64,000 nt of DNA from the human T2T-CHM13v2.0 reference genome, Homo sapiens (GCF_009914755.1 NC_060934.1); one strand, 5' to 3'; shown: positions 1 to 13,310, counted from the stretch's first letter. Translations and numbers: made by a program. The notes: generated by a model not told the origin, from the sequence alone.

Positions 1-2177
1 TGATTCTCTCATCTCATACTTTTGTATTTTACAAGAGATAATCTCCTTGCAAATAAGGTGACACTTGAGCAGACTGCAGTGGGATGTCCCGGGGGCATTC
101 CGAGCCTTGCCGAGCTGAAGGAAGATGTGGGTGATTTCCCATGGAGGTCTCAGCGAGGGCAGGTTTCCCAGGCCTTGTCTGACTGTGGTCTTGTGAATTA
201 GGGCGACAGTGATAACAAATCCTGGCAAGGGATGCTTGGTTCATCACAGACCAGCTCTGCCACTGACCTGAGATCCTGGGATGTGGGGAAGGGTTCCCAA
301 ACTTGGTTGATCATCAGAATTATCTGGAGGCTTTTATATTTTGTTGTAAGATTCAACTTCCCAGCTCCTAACCCAGATCTACCCAATCAAAGCCTCTTTG
401 TGGACTGAAGCCTGAGCTTTGGGGTTAGACTTGGGTCCAGATCTTAGCTCCTTCCCCAAGTCTCCCTTTGAGCTTCGACAAGCCAGGCAGGCTCTCATCT
501 GTGTATCGAAGGGAGCAACATTCACCCAGGTGGCTCGTGAGGATCATAGATCACGTCTGTGCAAGTGGAAGCCATTTGATTGAAAAAATGGTTAATAAAT
601 CCGAGCAATTTACTCTTGAGTTGTATGAAGCACCTTGTTTTTATGTAAAGGAGGGGCATAATAATTGTTTTTTTCAACAGGAGAAGCCAGCTGACCCTCG
701 CTCTTATCTGATGGGAATGTAACTGGCATCAACATTTTCTAACTTTTCATTAAGAAGCATATGTTTTAAGACAATAGCAGGAACGAAAGAACCTATTCTT
801 TCTGTGCCAGCATCCGTCCAGCTTAGAACAAAATGTTATTCATGGCCAGGCTCCACCTTGCTGAGAAAGCCTGGTATTTGTCTTTGTAGGCAATCCTTTT
901 GACATCCTTAGAAGGCCTTGTGGAGACCCCAGAGAGCTGTAATTGCCTTAGGAGGAAGGTGGCATTTGGACTTGATGGGAGGGGGCTAGAATCCTACCCA
1001 CTTGTCAGTGGAGCTCGCCCAGCCTTGGGTTTGCCCTTCTCAGATTAAACAAAATAATCTACGTAGAGTATTTAGCCCAGCACCTGGCACTTGGAGGCCT
1101 GCAAAGAATGTTCGCTGCTGCTGCCATCAGACCCCTCTCTTCTTAGTGCCTGGACTCAGACACCTGGGGGTCTCAACCCGGCTAGATCTGGGGCTAGAAA
1201 CCCCTGAGGCTCTGCCCTGCCTCCAGCCCCTTCGGGATACTCTGGGAGGGCCTATGGCTAACATATGCTAGGGGCAAAGCAGGAACAGCCTCTGCTCTGA
1301 AGGGGAGGTTTCCTAAGCCAACTTTTTTCTTTTTATCTGATGGGAAGGGCTGAGTTAAGAGTGAGCAGCAGGGGACAGCACAAATAAATACAGAAAAACC
1401 TCTCCAGGAGCTGTGATTGTGTTCAGCACAATAGCAGGCCCTGGAGAGCAAGTTTTATCCAGTGGAGATTGGAAAGTAAAATAAATGTGGTCCTATTACC
1501 CCCTCTTCTGCAGACCCGACTCGCTACAGCCTATCCCTGAGCTCTGCCAGAGTAGAAGGGAAGTGTTTGTTCAGAGTCCTGGTCTCCTGTGGGGAAGAAG
1601 GTGCGGAAGTGAGTTCTTAGGGCTGGGGTCGAGATTCCCTGAAGTTTTGGGTGCTATTCTCCCAACCACCCTGGCTTTCTCAAACGCTGACAGCTCCAAG
1701 TCCCCGCCCTTCCCAGTGCTTTCCGGCCCACAGTGGGCCACCTCCAGCAGGGTGGGCCTGACAGACACACCCTGGCAATGACCTGTGGGGAAGAGTAGCC
1801 TTCTTCCAGCAACGGGCAAGAGGGGCTGGGGAGGATTGGTGGCTTTCTCCCTCAATACTCTCAGGACCAGCAGCTCAACTTTTACAGCCTTTGGTTGCTT
1901 TGAAGTGAGTCATACCATTGAAAAGATCTTTCTGGAACAAACACCATCTTTCATGAGAATGAGTCTCAGCTCTTCCACAGGGAGTGTTTCTAAGCACCGC
2001 CGGAGTAGGCTAGGACAATCCTCCCAACCCAGGAAAACCCTCTGGAGCAGCTGAGTCCCAACCTGGCACCTCTGAACGCTTCCAGTTTGAGGAGTCTGCC
2101 ATGCTGGGTGGCCACAGTGCTTTGGGGGCACCTGTGCCCCTCTCGGCATGACACTTGCCCATAGGCAGTGTTTAGGA

Positions 2178-2326
2178 CTGCCTCAGCCTCCCGAGTAGCT
2201 GGGACTACAGTCGCCCATCACCACACCTGGCTAATTTTTTGTATTTTGAGTAGAGTCGGGGTTTCACCATGTTAGCCAGGATGGTAGCGATTTCCTGACC
2301 TCGTGATGATCCACCCACCTCAGCCT
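2178..2326 (-). mobile_element. Internal Alu fragment (AluY/Sc-like)
   Basis: Alu middle region only; no tail or TSD. Confidence 0.9.
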
Positions 2327-2476
2327 ACTCAGCCCCACTACTCAGAGACAGTCTCTCTGGGTCTGTTTCCTTAACTAAAATGGAAGGAACCTAAGGAAGT
2401 ATATGAAAGAAACCACAGAAATTGTTTAGTTCGGGGCTGGGCAAACAGTACTTATTACATGGCAGCTACTTCATGA

Positions 2477-2774
<298 letters not shown>

Positions 2775-2789
2775 TGAATAAAAGCCATT

Positions 2790-2985
2790 TTAAGTGCTCG
2801 TTTAGTATCATGCAGGCTCTTGTCCTGCAGGAATTCTCATAATAACCTTTTGTGGTAGGTATCATTATTATTCCTCTTTTATGGACATGGAAATTGAGGC
2901 TTAGAGAAGTTAAACAATTTGTTAGTTATACAGATAGCTATTGGTGGAGCTGAAACTCGAACCCAGGCAGCCTGATGCTATACCC
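2790..2985 (-). mobile_element. MIR
   Basis: MIR core ggaaattgaggcttagagaagttaa...gaacccaggcag; boundaries approximate. Confidence 0.7.
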
Positions 2986-5203
2986 TGCACTCGGCTGCTG
3001 AGTAATACTTCTGGTTATTATTACTACTAATTAGCACATCTTCAGGGGATCTCTATCTTAGACTATGCTTGGGTGGAGAGAGTGCTGTTGTTGAAGTATG
3101 TAAAAGAGGTCGTGGGATTATTTTAATCCTGGAGTATTTATATAAAGACTAGAAGGAGAATCCATGAGGAAGGCCCTGTGAACACAAACAAAATGACTAG
3201 AGGGAGGGGTAAAAAGCCCAGAGTGAAAACTAATTCATTCTCAAATGATTATTTAAAATAATACTAGTCCTTATTCAACCACCTAAGTGCTCACGTGCTA
3301 TAATTTGGCAACAGTCTTTTGATGGATATTATTATCTTGTCCATTCTGCAGATGAACAAATTGAGGCTGAAGAGAGGCTAAACAGGCTCCAAGACACACA
3401 GACAGTGAGTAACCCCCAAACTGTTCATAAATGCGCCTTGGTGGTAGTGTTGGGGCTCATGGCCACACTGAAGGGCGCTGGCCAGTCTCACACTAAGAAC
3501 CCACTCTGTGCAGTGTGCCCTGGGAGATTCAGAATGTGGGACACAGTCCTTGCCCTAAGAAAGTCACAGGGAATGGGATGTGGAGGATAACAGCATGGGA
3601 TCTGAAAAGGGCAGACCTGGAGAATTCTAGCTCTGCTGCTCACTGGCTGAGTGATTGGGCATGTTTGATTAGACTCTGAGCTTTGGTTTCCTACCTGTAT
3701 AGTGGAGCTACAATTGTCTACTTTGAAAGGCTCTCACGAGCAATATAGTTATGCCAAGCTAGGGTGCCTGGCGCTCAGCACAGAGATCTCACTACAGTTC
3801 AACTGAAGAGCAGAAACCCACGCAGCTAGCAGTTCGAGGCAACACTTGCTAAGTACCGACCTTGAGGTTCAACTAGAGGCATGCAAAGAATTACATGCAG
3901 ATTGGGCTGGGCCCATTAAGACAGGCTCATAGAGAGGGTGTGAACTTGGACTTGTCTTTAATTTGGAACAAATGGAGCCCATGGGAAATTCACATGGGTA
4001 ACTCCAAAGAGCTGATGGGTAGCTGTTTTTAAAGAGTCAACATTGATCATTACTTCCTTTCCCTGGGGCCAGGTCCTCTCTGCTCCACCACCTCCTTGAA
4101 GAGTTGAGCATCGTAAAGAAGAAATACCTTTGATAAAGCTGCCTGGGAGGGAGCAAGCATGGTATGTCCTGGGAACTTGCAGTGGTTTGGCAAGATCTGA
4201 AGGCAGGGTACTGGGGGAGAGGCAGCTGAGCAGTGGGTGAGGCGAGATCCTTCCACTCCCAGCAAAGGCAGTGTGAGATTCGCTGACTAAAGTCTAGCAA
4301 CTGAAGTGAGGCACGGGTCAACTTCCATTGGAGAGGTGGCCACCAGAGCCAAATCCCACAGAGAGTTCATAAGGACTGGAGATGACCCCTAGCTATGGTA
4401 ATTATGGACCACAGCAGGGATGCTTTCCCACGGGTGGAGGCAGAGATGAGCAGAACACAGACCTTGAGCTGAGGTCTCCCGGCCTGTTTTCCATGGTGGT
4501 GAACTAAAGATGCCAACTGTCTTGAAAACAACCTGCATCCCGCTTCCAGGGGAGGGTCATGTGAATGCCAGTGTGACTGGGTCTTGGGTAGTCTCAGCAG
4601 ACACAGAGCAGAAGGAAGGCTATCGTTGGAGTGGGCCATCTTGGACATAGATCCTTGTACTTTCTGGCAAGCCTAAAATCTTGGCAGTGATGATAACAAG
4701 GAAGTTAACATCTACAATTTCTTCATGTAAAGTTTGATCATGCAGGGGATGCCCAAAATTGGAAGGATGCTTTTCTCCTACTGCATTCTAGCTTCTTACT
4801 AAAAAGTGGCCCACACTCATAGTGGCTCAGAAGCTTCAAACCTCCTCAAATCCCCAGCTTTGTCGAAATGATGGGACTATCCCTGCTGTGTCACAAACCA
4901 AATCAAACACCCATGACACAGCACAGTGTAATGGCTCTACTAAACATTTCTTTCCTTTGGACAGCTTGGTCAATATGGTCTGGGTTATTGGACACATAGT
5001 CCTGGAATATCCTGCTGTTATTTGCTGCATTTTTCCACCTGCATGATAAAAATGCATTCCCACAGCCTTGGGTTCATTCTGATTTTGTTTTGATTATTGG
5101 AAGTTGCGTTGGTGCTTTTTAAAATGAGATAGACCTTCAAAGGGAGCCAGGGAACGAGAAATGAAACACAGGTATGGAGGCATCTACGAATAAAGCACAC
5201 AAC

Positions 5204-5209
5204 TTTATT
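5204..5209 (-). terminator. Distal poly(A) signal AATAAA
   Basis: Minus-strand AATAAA followed by GU/U-rich sequence (ctgtgtttcatttctcgtt). Confidence 0.8.
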
Positions 5210-5808
5210 CACGAAGTTGTGAGTATGACAGTGATGCAGAGTATATGACAAAGGAGTGCAGTGAGTGCTGCTGGCAACAGGAGCGGGGAGCAGGTAGGGA
5301 TCACAGGCACAGCAGCGCGGAGCCGGCAGGGCCACCTCCTCCTCTACACACAAGCATGTGGCACTTAGCGCGCCAACACACACCTGCTCAGTTTCACAGG
5401 GAACACGACACAGCTTTTCAAAAGGAATTCTTCTAAACATTTGCTTTCATATTTCCAAAAGGGGAGGGAGGGCAGGAAGAACCACACGCCTTCCAACATT
5501 TGAAAAAATTCCATAAACCCAACTTAAAATCAAAGAACTCAGAGAGCTTCAATGCGGAGTCATCAGCAACTCGCAGGAACCACACACATGATTGGACAAG
5601 TCTGTACATAAAACCCCAAAAGAACATCAGTTTTGTGGACAATGGTTTCCTCTGCTGTAAAGAAACGTATGCATATATGATCAGTAAGCAGCTCACATCT
5701 TTCTGAATGTCAAGGTCTACAGGATTGTCTCTGTCCACCTTTGGTCAATGGGTTCAGGAAGTGACTCATGGGAACTGCACTCTTAGGAGAAACACTTTTG
5801 GGAATAAT

Positions 5809-5814
5809 TTTATT
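5809..5814 (-). terminator. Candidate proximal poly(A) signal AATAAA
   Basis: Minus-strand AATAAA with upstream UGUA elements and downstream gtgtttct. Confidence 0.55.
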
Positions 5815-8351
5815 GAATAACAACCACCACTCAATTACACTAAGCTTCAGAAATTGTTGGATTTGTTTAATTTTGCTGTGTACCTATACATTGTTTAGAA
5901 AGTTTCTTTTGGCTTAAACTGACCATTTCCCCCCTTCTTTTTGAGTTTTCCATGATTAAACTTGCCCAAATAAAAACATAACAATCCATATGCAAAGCAT
6001 ATCTGCCACCACCTCCCACTGCTTCCTGGGCCGCAAACAGAAAAATAAACAGTGATTAAAAAAAATGCCAAAGTGAAGGTTTCTCTTTCTTCTATCACAA
6101 CATAGTTGGGTAGTTCCCTTAAAGTACATCATTGCTATAAGTTGGTATCACTGCAAATCTCAAGTCCCAAATAATCTCTTTTTCTGGATAGAAAGTTATT
6201 CAAAAGGGAGCACAAAAGAGCAAGCTTTGGGGCATACTGACAAACACTTCATTGGTTAGAAGAGAATAATTTTAAAAATCAAATAAAATTGAGGCTGGCA
6301 TAGGAAGTACAGATTAAATACAGGTTAAATAGCTACCAGAAACACAGAAGAGGTGGTTAATAAAAACTGAGATTGCTTCAGAGGACACAGGAGGGTTGAT
6401 GAGACAGTCTATTTTCCTTCCACCATCTTCCATGAGAGTCAGGAAAAGGGTTCTGTGAGCACCCAACCTGGAGCGGTCACCTGTCTCTTCCATACACAGG
6501 AGGATGCTAAGACCCAGTTAGCTTTAAATGGTTTTTAGAAAGACTTACCTAGTCAAAAGTGGTTAATTTGAACTTTTCAAACTTGCAAAAGCATATACAT
6601 TTGATATCATCATCTGAGAAGCAATTCTTAGAAAAAAATGTTTGCTTCAATGTCTAAAGAAATCCAGTGAAAGTTTTAGAAACATTGCCAGCTAGACGTC
6701 TCCGAGTTAGAGTTGATTGATATACTGGATTGGGATGGAGAGGATGAGAACTGAAAAAGAACTGCTCCAGCCTCTGCCTCAGAAGAGGAAACTCAGCTTG
6801 GAGATGACAGAATTGGGTAGCGGAGTAGATGCTAGAGCCCATGACAGATAGAAAACTACCCCCATTTAAAAAAAAACAACAACTCATTAACTCTATCTCT
6901 TTGAGGTTTTGGAGAACAGGAAGTTTATGTGAAGTTATTGAACACGTCATATTAAGAACATTTCATAACTAACCCCAAACCAAAATGTAGATGCATAGCT
7001 AGCTGTGCAAGTTTCCCAATGCTCTTCCTATCTCCTAATAAGTCACACAGAAAGACTATGTGATAGCCTGGATTTTCTTGAAGAAATTTTAAAAGAACTG
7101 ATTTTCCTATCATCATTGAGGCCCCTTTTACTTCATGCCATCAGTATGCACTTAAGAGTCCCAAGGAAGTCAAATGTTCCCAAATGTAGCCCTTTACATC
7201 GGCACCAGGGAAGCCTGCCATATATACAATCCCCTTCCTAGGGTGAACAAGCTCCACCAGTTTGAGTGTGTTAATAACTGGAATTTTCATGTATAGTACA
7301 GGGTAGGGTAAAAGCAGACCAATAGCCATCTTGTGTGCTGTGACCAGGATGGACATTTTGAGGACAAGCATGCTGAGCCCAGTTTAACTAAATGTGCAGG
7401 CATTCTAGCCCACACATTCAATCTGGCAGTTAGCAGGAACCAGGTTGCCCCACAACCCATCCCTCCAGCTGGAGCCTTTTGCTGGGAAATGGAGTAGGGG
7501 GCCCACTCTGCATTATGGTTTCCAATGACCCCTCCCCAGAGCAGAGCACTACTCTGCTTGCAGATAGGAGGCTACTGGTGCTTTCTGGCAATGCATTTCT
7601 GCAAGGTGCAGTTTAAATGAACTCATATGGTACTTGATATGGAAAGAAGCTTTTTTTCTTCTCAAGTTGGATGCAGAACTGAGTTTAAAAGATACAAGGA
7701 AAGCAGGGTTTCATTAGTGGGAGCTGATTTAGGGTTCAGTTCTTTATCACTGCAATCTTAGGCAGGCCCCTTAACTCCTAGTCTCTATAAAATAAGGAAG
7801 GGGGTTGTCCCAGTTTTCAGTCTAATGTCCCCATTCTATGACAGACCCATGTCTTCTTTATGTAGACCAAGGAAGAGGAATTTTAGCAAAACTACCTGAT
7901 TATGCCCATGTTTCCCAAATACCTTGATTTTTCTTATATTGACATTTCATCTGCACATGTCTGGGTGATAATTCATTAATCAATGTAAAACGTAGGGACC
8001 CTTTACTAGCTCCATAATGAAAAAAATCTCTCCACCAGCCAAGTGCTGGGACCCAGGTGGCCACCATTGTTATTGACAGGTAAGGAAGCACTGGAAATGC
8101 ACCATCCTCTCCATCCCCACACTTTCCAGAGTAAAGCAAGGATGAGGACACCCAGGCATTGTGCCAAGGCTGCCATTGCAGGAGGGCACAGAGAGAGGAT
8201 GGGATAGAAAAAGCATGGAATAAGCAAGAGGCCACTGAGACACCAAAGGCTAAACTGCAAACTGCAGTGTGGCTTCCAACCAAGCAAGAGCTGGTCTCAT
8301 CTGCTCATGGCCACCCTGTCAGAGCCATTTGCTAAACATGTTAGTAGATCC

Positions 8352-8352
<1 letters not shown>

Positions 8353-8390
<38 letters not shown>
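8353..8390. repeat. (AC)19 microsatellite in the 3'UTR
   Basis: Read directly. Confidence 0.98.
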
Positions 8391-8393
<3 letters not shown>

Positions 8394-10319
8394 AGTAGTC
8401 CTCATTCAGTGCATAGCAATGGAAGGCTAGGACAATTTAGATTCCTTAGGTAAGAGCACAGGAGGATGCTATAGAACAGTGACTGTTCATTCCATCCCCC
8501 AAATGACAGCGGTGAGCCACGTGTCAGAGGCTGCAACACAGACTCAGAAACTATTCTACTTGCTTTTTTACCACTGGTGTCAGAGAGACAGCTTGTAATC
8601 CTAATATTTGGTGCCAGCAGGAAGAACTTCAGAGCTTTTGTTCTTAGTGGCATATGAAGGTAAATTCAAATGTTTTCTTCTTCGGCTTTAAAACAGAGCT
8701 TAAATTCTTAAGCACAGCCCCAAAGCATGATAATAAAGTGGCTTACCCTCCTGGGTGTGGAGTTACACAAACTCTCCCTCATCTAACTCACGTCGGGAAT
8801 CATGATGTGGTTTCATATGCACGCACGTGTTGGGGAAACCCTAGGCTCATATTCGAATCTAGTGTTGCAGAGCCTGAGGGACTCTCGTGAGATGCTCTGA
8901 CCTCCACATCCCACCTCATCCTTCCTCTGTGGTTCCCAGTCTGATCCTTCCATGAGCTACATCAGCGCCAACACCTTTCCATGAAGGAAGTGATGTTGGG
9001 GTCGCAGTTTAGCCTCACTCTTGATCTTTGAGTCACACACACTCGGTGACAATGTCTTTAGAAGCTGCAACACAGCAGGAGAAACATTCAAGCAGAAATT
9101 AAAAAGCACATGCATGCTCACAAAATTACTCTGGGTGAGTGAAACCAACATGTGCACACACACCCATGAATTCGACAGAGCTGGGCAAGAAGAAAGCTGA
9201 AAAGGCCAAATTAAATACGTTCGAAGGAGTCTACTTTGGAGTTGCAGAGATTTAAAAGAGAAAAACATGTCTTTCCTTAGCCTATTATTGAAAGAAACCT
9301 TAAAAACCAACAACAGCATGGGCTTGATCTGATTCATAGGATGCCAGAGAGACAGCAGAGGATAACGACTGGAAGAACTAGAGTCAGTAGGACATGGGAC
9401 TTGTTTTTGTTTTTTGCTTTTTGGTTTTTTTTGGCCATGAATGATATGGCCCCTACGCAAAATCACCTAATGGCATGCCACTGGGCCAATCTGGGGGCAA
9501 TTTGTGTTTTTCCTTTCTTTGCAAAGGTGGAGCTCCAGACAGCTCCTGTCCTAGGCGGGGAGCAGGAACCAGACCTGCTATGGGAAGCAGAAAGAGTTAA
9601 GGGAAGGTTTCCTTTCATTCCTGTTCCTTCTCTTTTGCTTTTGAACAGTTTTTAAATATACTAATAGCTAAGTCATTTGCCAGCCAGGTCCCGGTGAACA
9701 GTAGAGAACAAGGAGCTTGCTAAGAATTAATTTTGCTGTTTTTCACCCCATTCAAACAGAGCTGCCCTGTTCCCTGATGGAGTTCCATTCCTGCCAGGGC
9801 ACGGCTGAGTAACACGAAGCCATTCAAGAAAGGCGGGTGTGAAATCACTGCCACCCCATGGACAGACCCCTCACTCTTCCTTCTTAGCCGCAGCGCTACA
9901 TAATAAATATATTTATACTTTGAAATTATGATAACCGATTTTTCCCATGCGGCATCCTAAGGGCACTTGCCAGCTCTTATCCGGACAGTCAGCACTGTTG
10001 TTGGACAACAGATAAAGGAAAAGAAAAAGAAGAAAACAACGCAGCTCCTGTTGTATACATAAGGTAATGTGAAAAGGTCACATGTGGACACTACTCTGTG
10101 TTTCGGAACATAGAAATTTCTACGCCATGCTTCTTGGCAAGTGTTACTGTTGGCTGGCCCGACATTTGACTCATGGTGTTTTAACCAGACTTTCTCTTTT
10201 TGGTGTTGCTGAGCGACGGTAGTTTGCAAATTCTCCAATCAAGTTTGGGCCTCAATATGACATCCTATGGGGCACCGCCACTGTCAGTCCTTTCTCTAAT
10301 TGCCATTCACGAGTGGGAC

Positions 10320-10433
10320 TTAGAAGAGTTTTGCTTTTTTCTTCATGTCGTTGCGTCTCCAAAGAGGTAACCTGTCAAACTCCTGTATGGACATTCCAAA
10401 GATTTCCCGAAACACTTCAGGGGCTAAGTGGCG
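10320..10433 (-). CDS. ABLIM1: ABLIM1 last coding exon [37 protein letters not shown], villin headpiece
   Basis: cttcccag|CGCCAC...; TAA at 10322-10320; headpiece signature F..FGM...F..LPLW....KK..KLF. Confidence 0.98.
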   Translation of the reverse strand, partial: RHLAPEVFREIFGMSIQEFDRLPLWRRNDMKKKAKLF

Positions 10434-11328
10434 CTGGGAAGAAGAAAAAAAAAAAAGAGCTGCTGTCAGTCCTGATGGCCACACAAATGGCCTTGAGCGT
10501 TGCTCTATAGTTTATACAGAGTCATTCTGAAGAACAAGGCAGGAGGACGGGAGAGGAGCCCATCTTTAATGCTTGTGACATCAGTATCCCTTACCTGGTT
10601 GGGCCAGGTGAGGAGCCCTTCCCATCAGATAAAAGAGCTGGCAGAGTATTAATGGGGATTATAATAATAACACTGACTGGTGATGGGACACAGAGAGGTG
10701 ATTTATTACATTGGAGACAACTCCATCCCAGGTCCTTGGAACGTTGAGAAGATGCAGGGAAAATGGACTATCGCAATAGAAAGCCAAAGAAAATGACCTC
10801 CAGCGTGGTCCCTGGGGAGCCCCAGGGCTTCCTCCTGGCTGAGGAATAGGGGGTAAGGTGGATGTCTGTTCTACTGAGAAGACTTCCCATCAGTCATTCC
10901 CCCCTAGAAAAGTTCCCCCAAGATCCTGCAGCCTTTATTCTCTGTACCTCTACGCCAAGGTACTGCCTTTTGTCAGGAAAAAGTAAGCATTCTTTCGGAG
11001 ACTGGCAGCCAGGGTTTTTCTTAATTAAAATCATTGGGATGGAAAACTATAATACAAAAATTAGTCTTCCATGTCTAAGGAGATCTTGGGTACATGTACC
11101 CAGATAACCCTTCAACAAGGAATGTGGAAACAGCCAAGAAAGAAACTTGTCCAGTATAAATCAGTATAAATGTCTCTCCTGAGAGCCTTTGCCGCTCCCA
11201 CAGCCTCCCATGAACTCAACCCCAGCTCAGGGGAAGATAAGGATCTGAGACTATCTCAAGAGAAATAGCGACTCCCATTCTGAATTACCAGCCATAATTA
11301 TGGCAACATCAAGTTTCAAAGAAAATGA

Positions 11329-11677
<349 letters not shown>

Positions 11678-11903
11678 TCCTGGGTCATTCTTCTGGATAT
11701 TACCAGGCATTTTTATGCTGATCTAAGTGAAAACCTGGATATTTTTTTTCTCCAAAGTTATTTCTTAGTTCTACCTATGACATGAGGGTGATCTTTATAA
11801 TTTTTTTTTGTTTTCACTGAAGAAATAAAACATTGCTTAGGGGAGAGTTGGGGGAGTGCATAGGGATCTGCAGTTGGGACTGGATTTTTCGGTTTTGTTT
11901 TAC

Positions 11904-11984
11904 CTCCAGCCTGGTTCTGTCCACCTCTCTGAGGATTTTGTTTCGCCCTCTGTTGGTCACCATGAGCATTTCATATGGAAATAT
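11904..11984 (-). CDS. ABLIM1: ABLIM1 exon IFPYEMLMVTNRGRNKILREVDRTRLE, N-terminal part of villin headpiece; 81 nt
   Basis: cttctcag|ATATTT...CTGGAG|gtaaaa. Confidence 0.97.
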
Positions 11985-12308
11985 CTGAGAAGAAAGAAAA
12001 CACCTCTTCTAGAACACCACAGTCCATTTTATTAACAAGCAGAATCCACCTAAACGCTAGTACTCCCAAGATAGAGCTTCCAAGAGACTGTCATGACAGA
12101 ATTCGAGTGATGGGTCTTCCTTCTGCAAGGCCAGTGGAAGCTCCAGTTTCCAGGGGACAGGGACAGAATCTTAGACATTCTCAACTTTCCACCAGTGTCT
12201 CAGGTAGCACTGAGCCTTAGGGGGGCTTTGTTGAGTGGCAGAACACTAACTTACTATGTATTGGGATGAAGGTAAACATTAGAAGATAATGGAAATTACA
12301 GGCACGTG

Positions 12309-12620
12309 TTTTTTGTTTTTGTTTTTCTTTTTTTGTTTGTAGACAGGGCTTGCTCTGTTGCCCAGGCTGGATGCAGTGGTGTGATCACAGCTCACTGTAG
12401 CCTCAACCTATCAGGCCCAGGTGACCCTCCTATCTTACCCTCCCGAGTAGCTGGGACTATAGGCACATGTCGTCATGCCAAGCAATTTTTTTTAAGTTTT
12501 AGTAGAGATGGGATTTTGCCATGTTGCTCAGGCTGGTCTTAAATTCCTGAACTCAAGCCATCTACCCGCCTTGGCCTTCCAAAGTGCTTGGATTACAGGC
12601 GTAAGCCACTGTGCCCAGCC
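12309..12620 (-). mobile_element. Alu (AluJ-like)
   Basis: Diverged dimer. Confidence 0.94.
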
Positions 12621-13235
12621 AATGTGTTACCTTTTATAGGATGCTGTTATAGGGCAGGGTGCATTTGTGCCGGGGTTAACAATCTTGTCCCATGACTAGC
12701 TCATGAATCTATGGGGCCAGGCAGGCCCAGAAGCAGTGCTCTGGCAACTGCCATATTGAAATAAGCCCTGGTTATGGTCACCAGGGAGCATGAGCCCTTG
12801 GACAACTCTGAAGGTACAGGGTGCTCTGGAGCTAGGGTGGCCAGTCACCCCAGTGTACCCAGGACTGAGGTTCTTGAAATGCAGGGCTTTCAATGGTGAA
12901 ACAGGGTTGCCTCACCTACATGGTGAGTCTGCAGCCACTCCACTCAGCACCGGATATGCTCTGTAATGCACATGGCAGAGGCCAAGGGAATACCTTGGTC
13001 ATAGGCAGAGAGGGACTGGCACCTCACTGTAAACACACAGCATCATGCCCAGTAAGGGTTTAACCTGCTGACCTGATGTGGGCAAAACAGCAGAATGGCA
13101 AGGTGCATATTCATGACATGGCTCACCTGAACACACCAGCCTACAACACTTTGAGAATGATGAAAAGATAGAACATCAAATCTGTTTAGGGTTACGCCAT
13201 TCCCATATGAGAGGAAAAAGAACAGCTGCACTTGC

Positions 13236-13310
13236 CTTTGGTTCCAACATGTTGGGCATAGACACTCCTCGGTCCATTCTCATTGCAGGCATGTGGCCAT
13301 CTGGGAGTGT
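13236..13310 (-). CDS. ABLIM1: ABLIM1 exon TLPDGHMPAMRMDRGVSMPNMLEPK; 75 nt, phase 0-0, GC donor
   Basis: tgttgcag|ACACTC...CCAAAG|gcaagt; inside ORF 13176..13415. Confidence 0.95.

Larger units (their letters stand above)
5170..10319 (-). other. ABLIM1: ABLIM1 3'UTR, about 5.1 kb
   Basis: Alu-free stretch between the stop codon and the minus-strand AATAAA at 5204-5209; end position approximate. Confidence 0.8.

Noticed and set aside
1571-2149. Overlapping ORFs with coding-like composition; possible processed pseudogene
   Set aside because: No recognisable protein, no poly(A) or TSD, and stops between the frames; needs TBLASTX to settle.
4037-4648. Cluster of 70-95-aa minus-strand ORFs downstream of the poly(A) site
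   Set aside because: No recognisable homology or coherent splice structure.
8957-9466. 169-aa sense ORF in the 3'UTR
   Set aside because: Non-ATG start, low-complexity composition and no domain; expected by chance in 5 kb.
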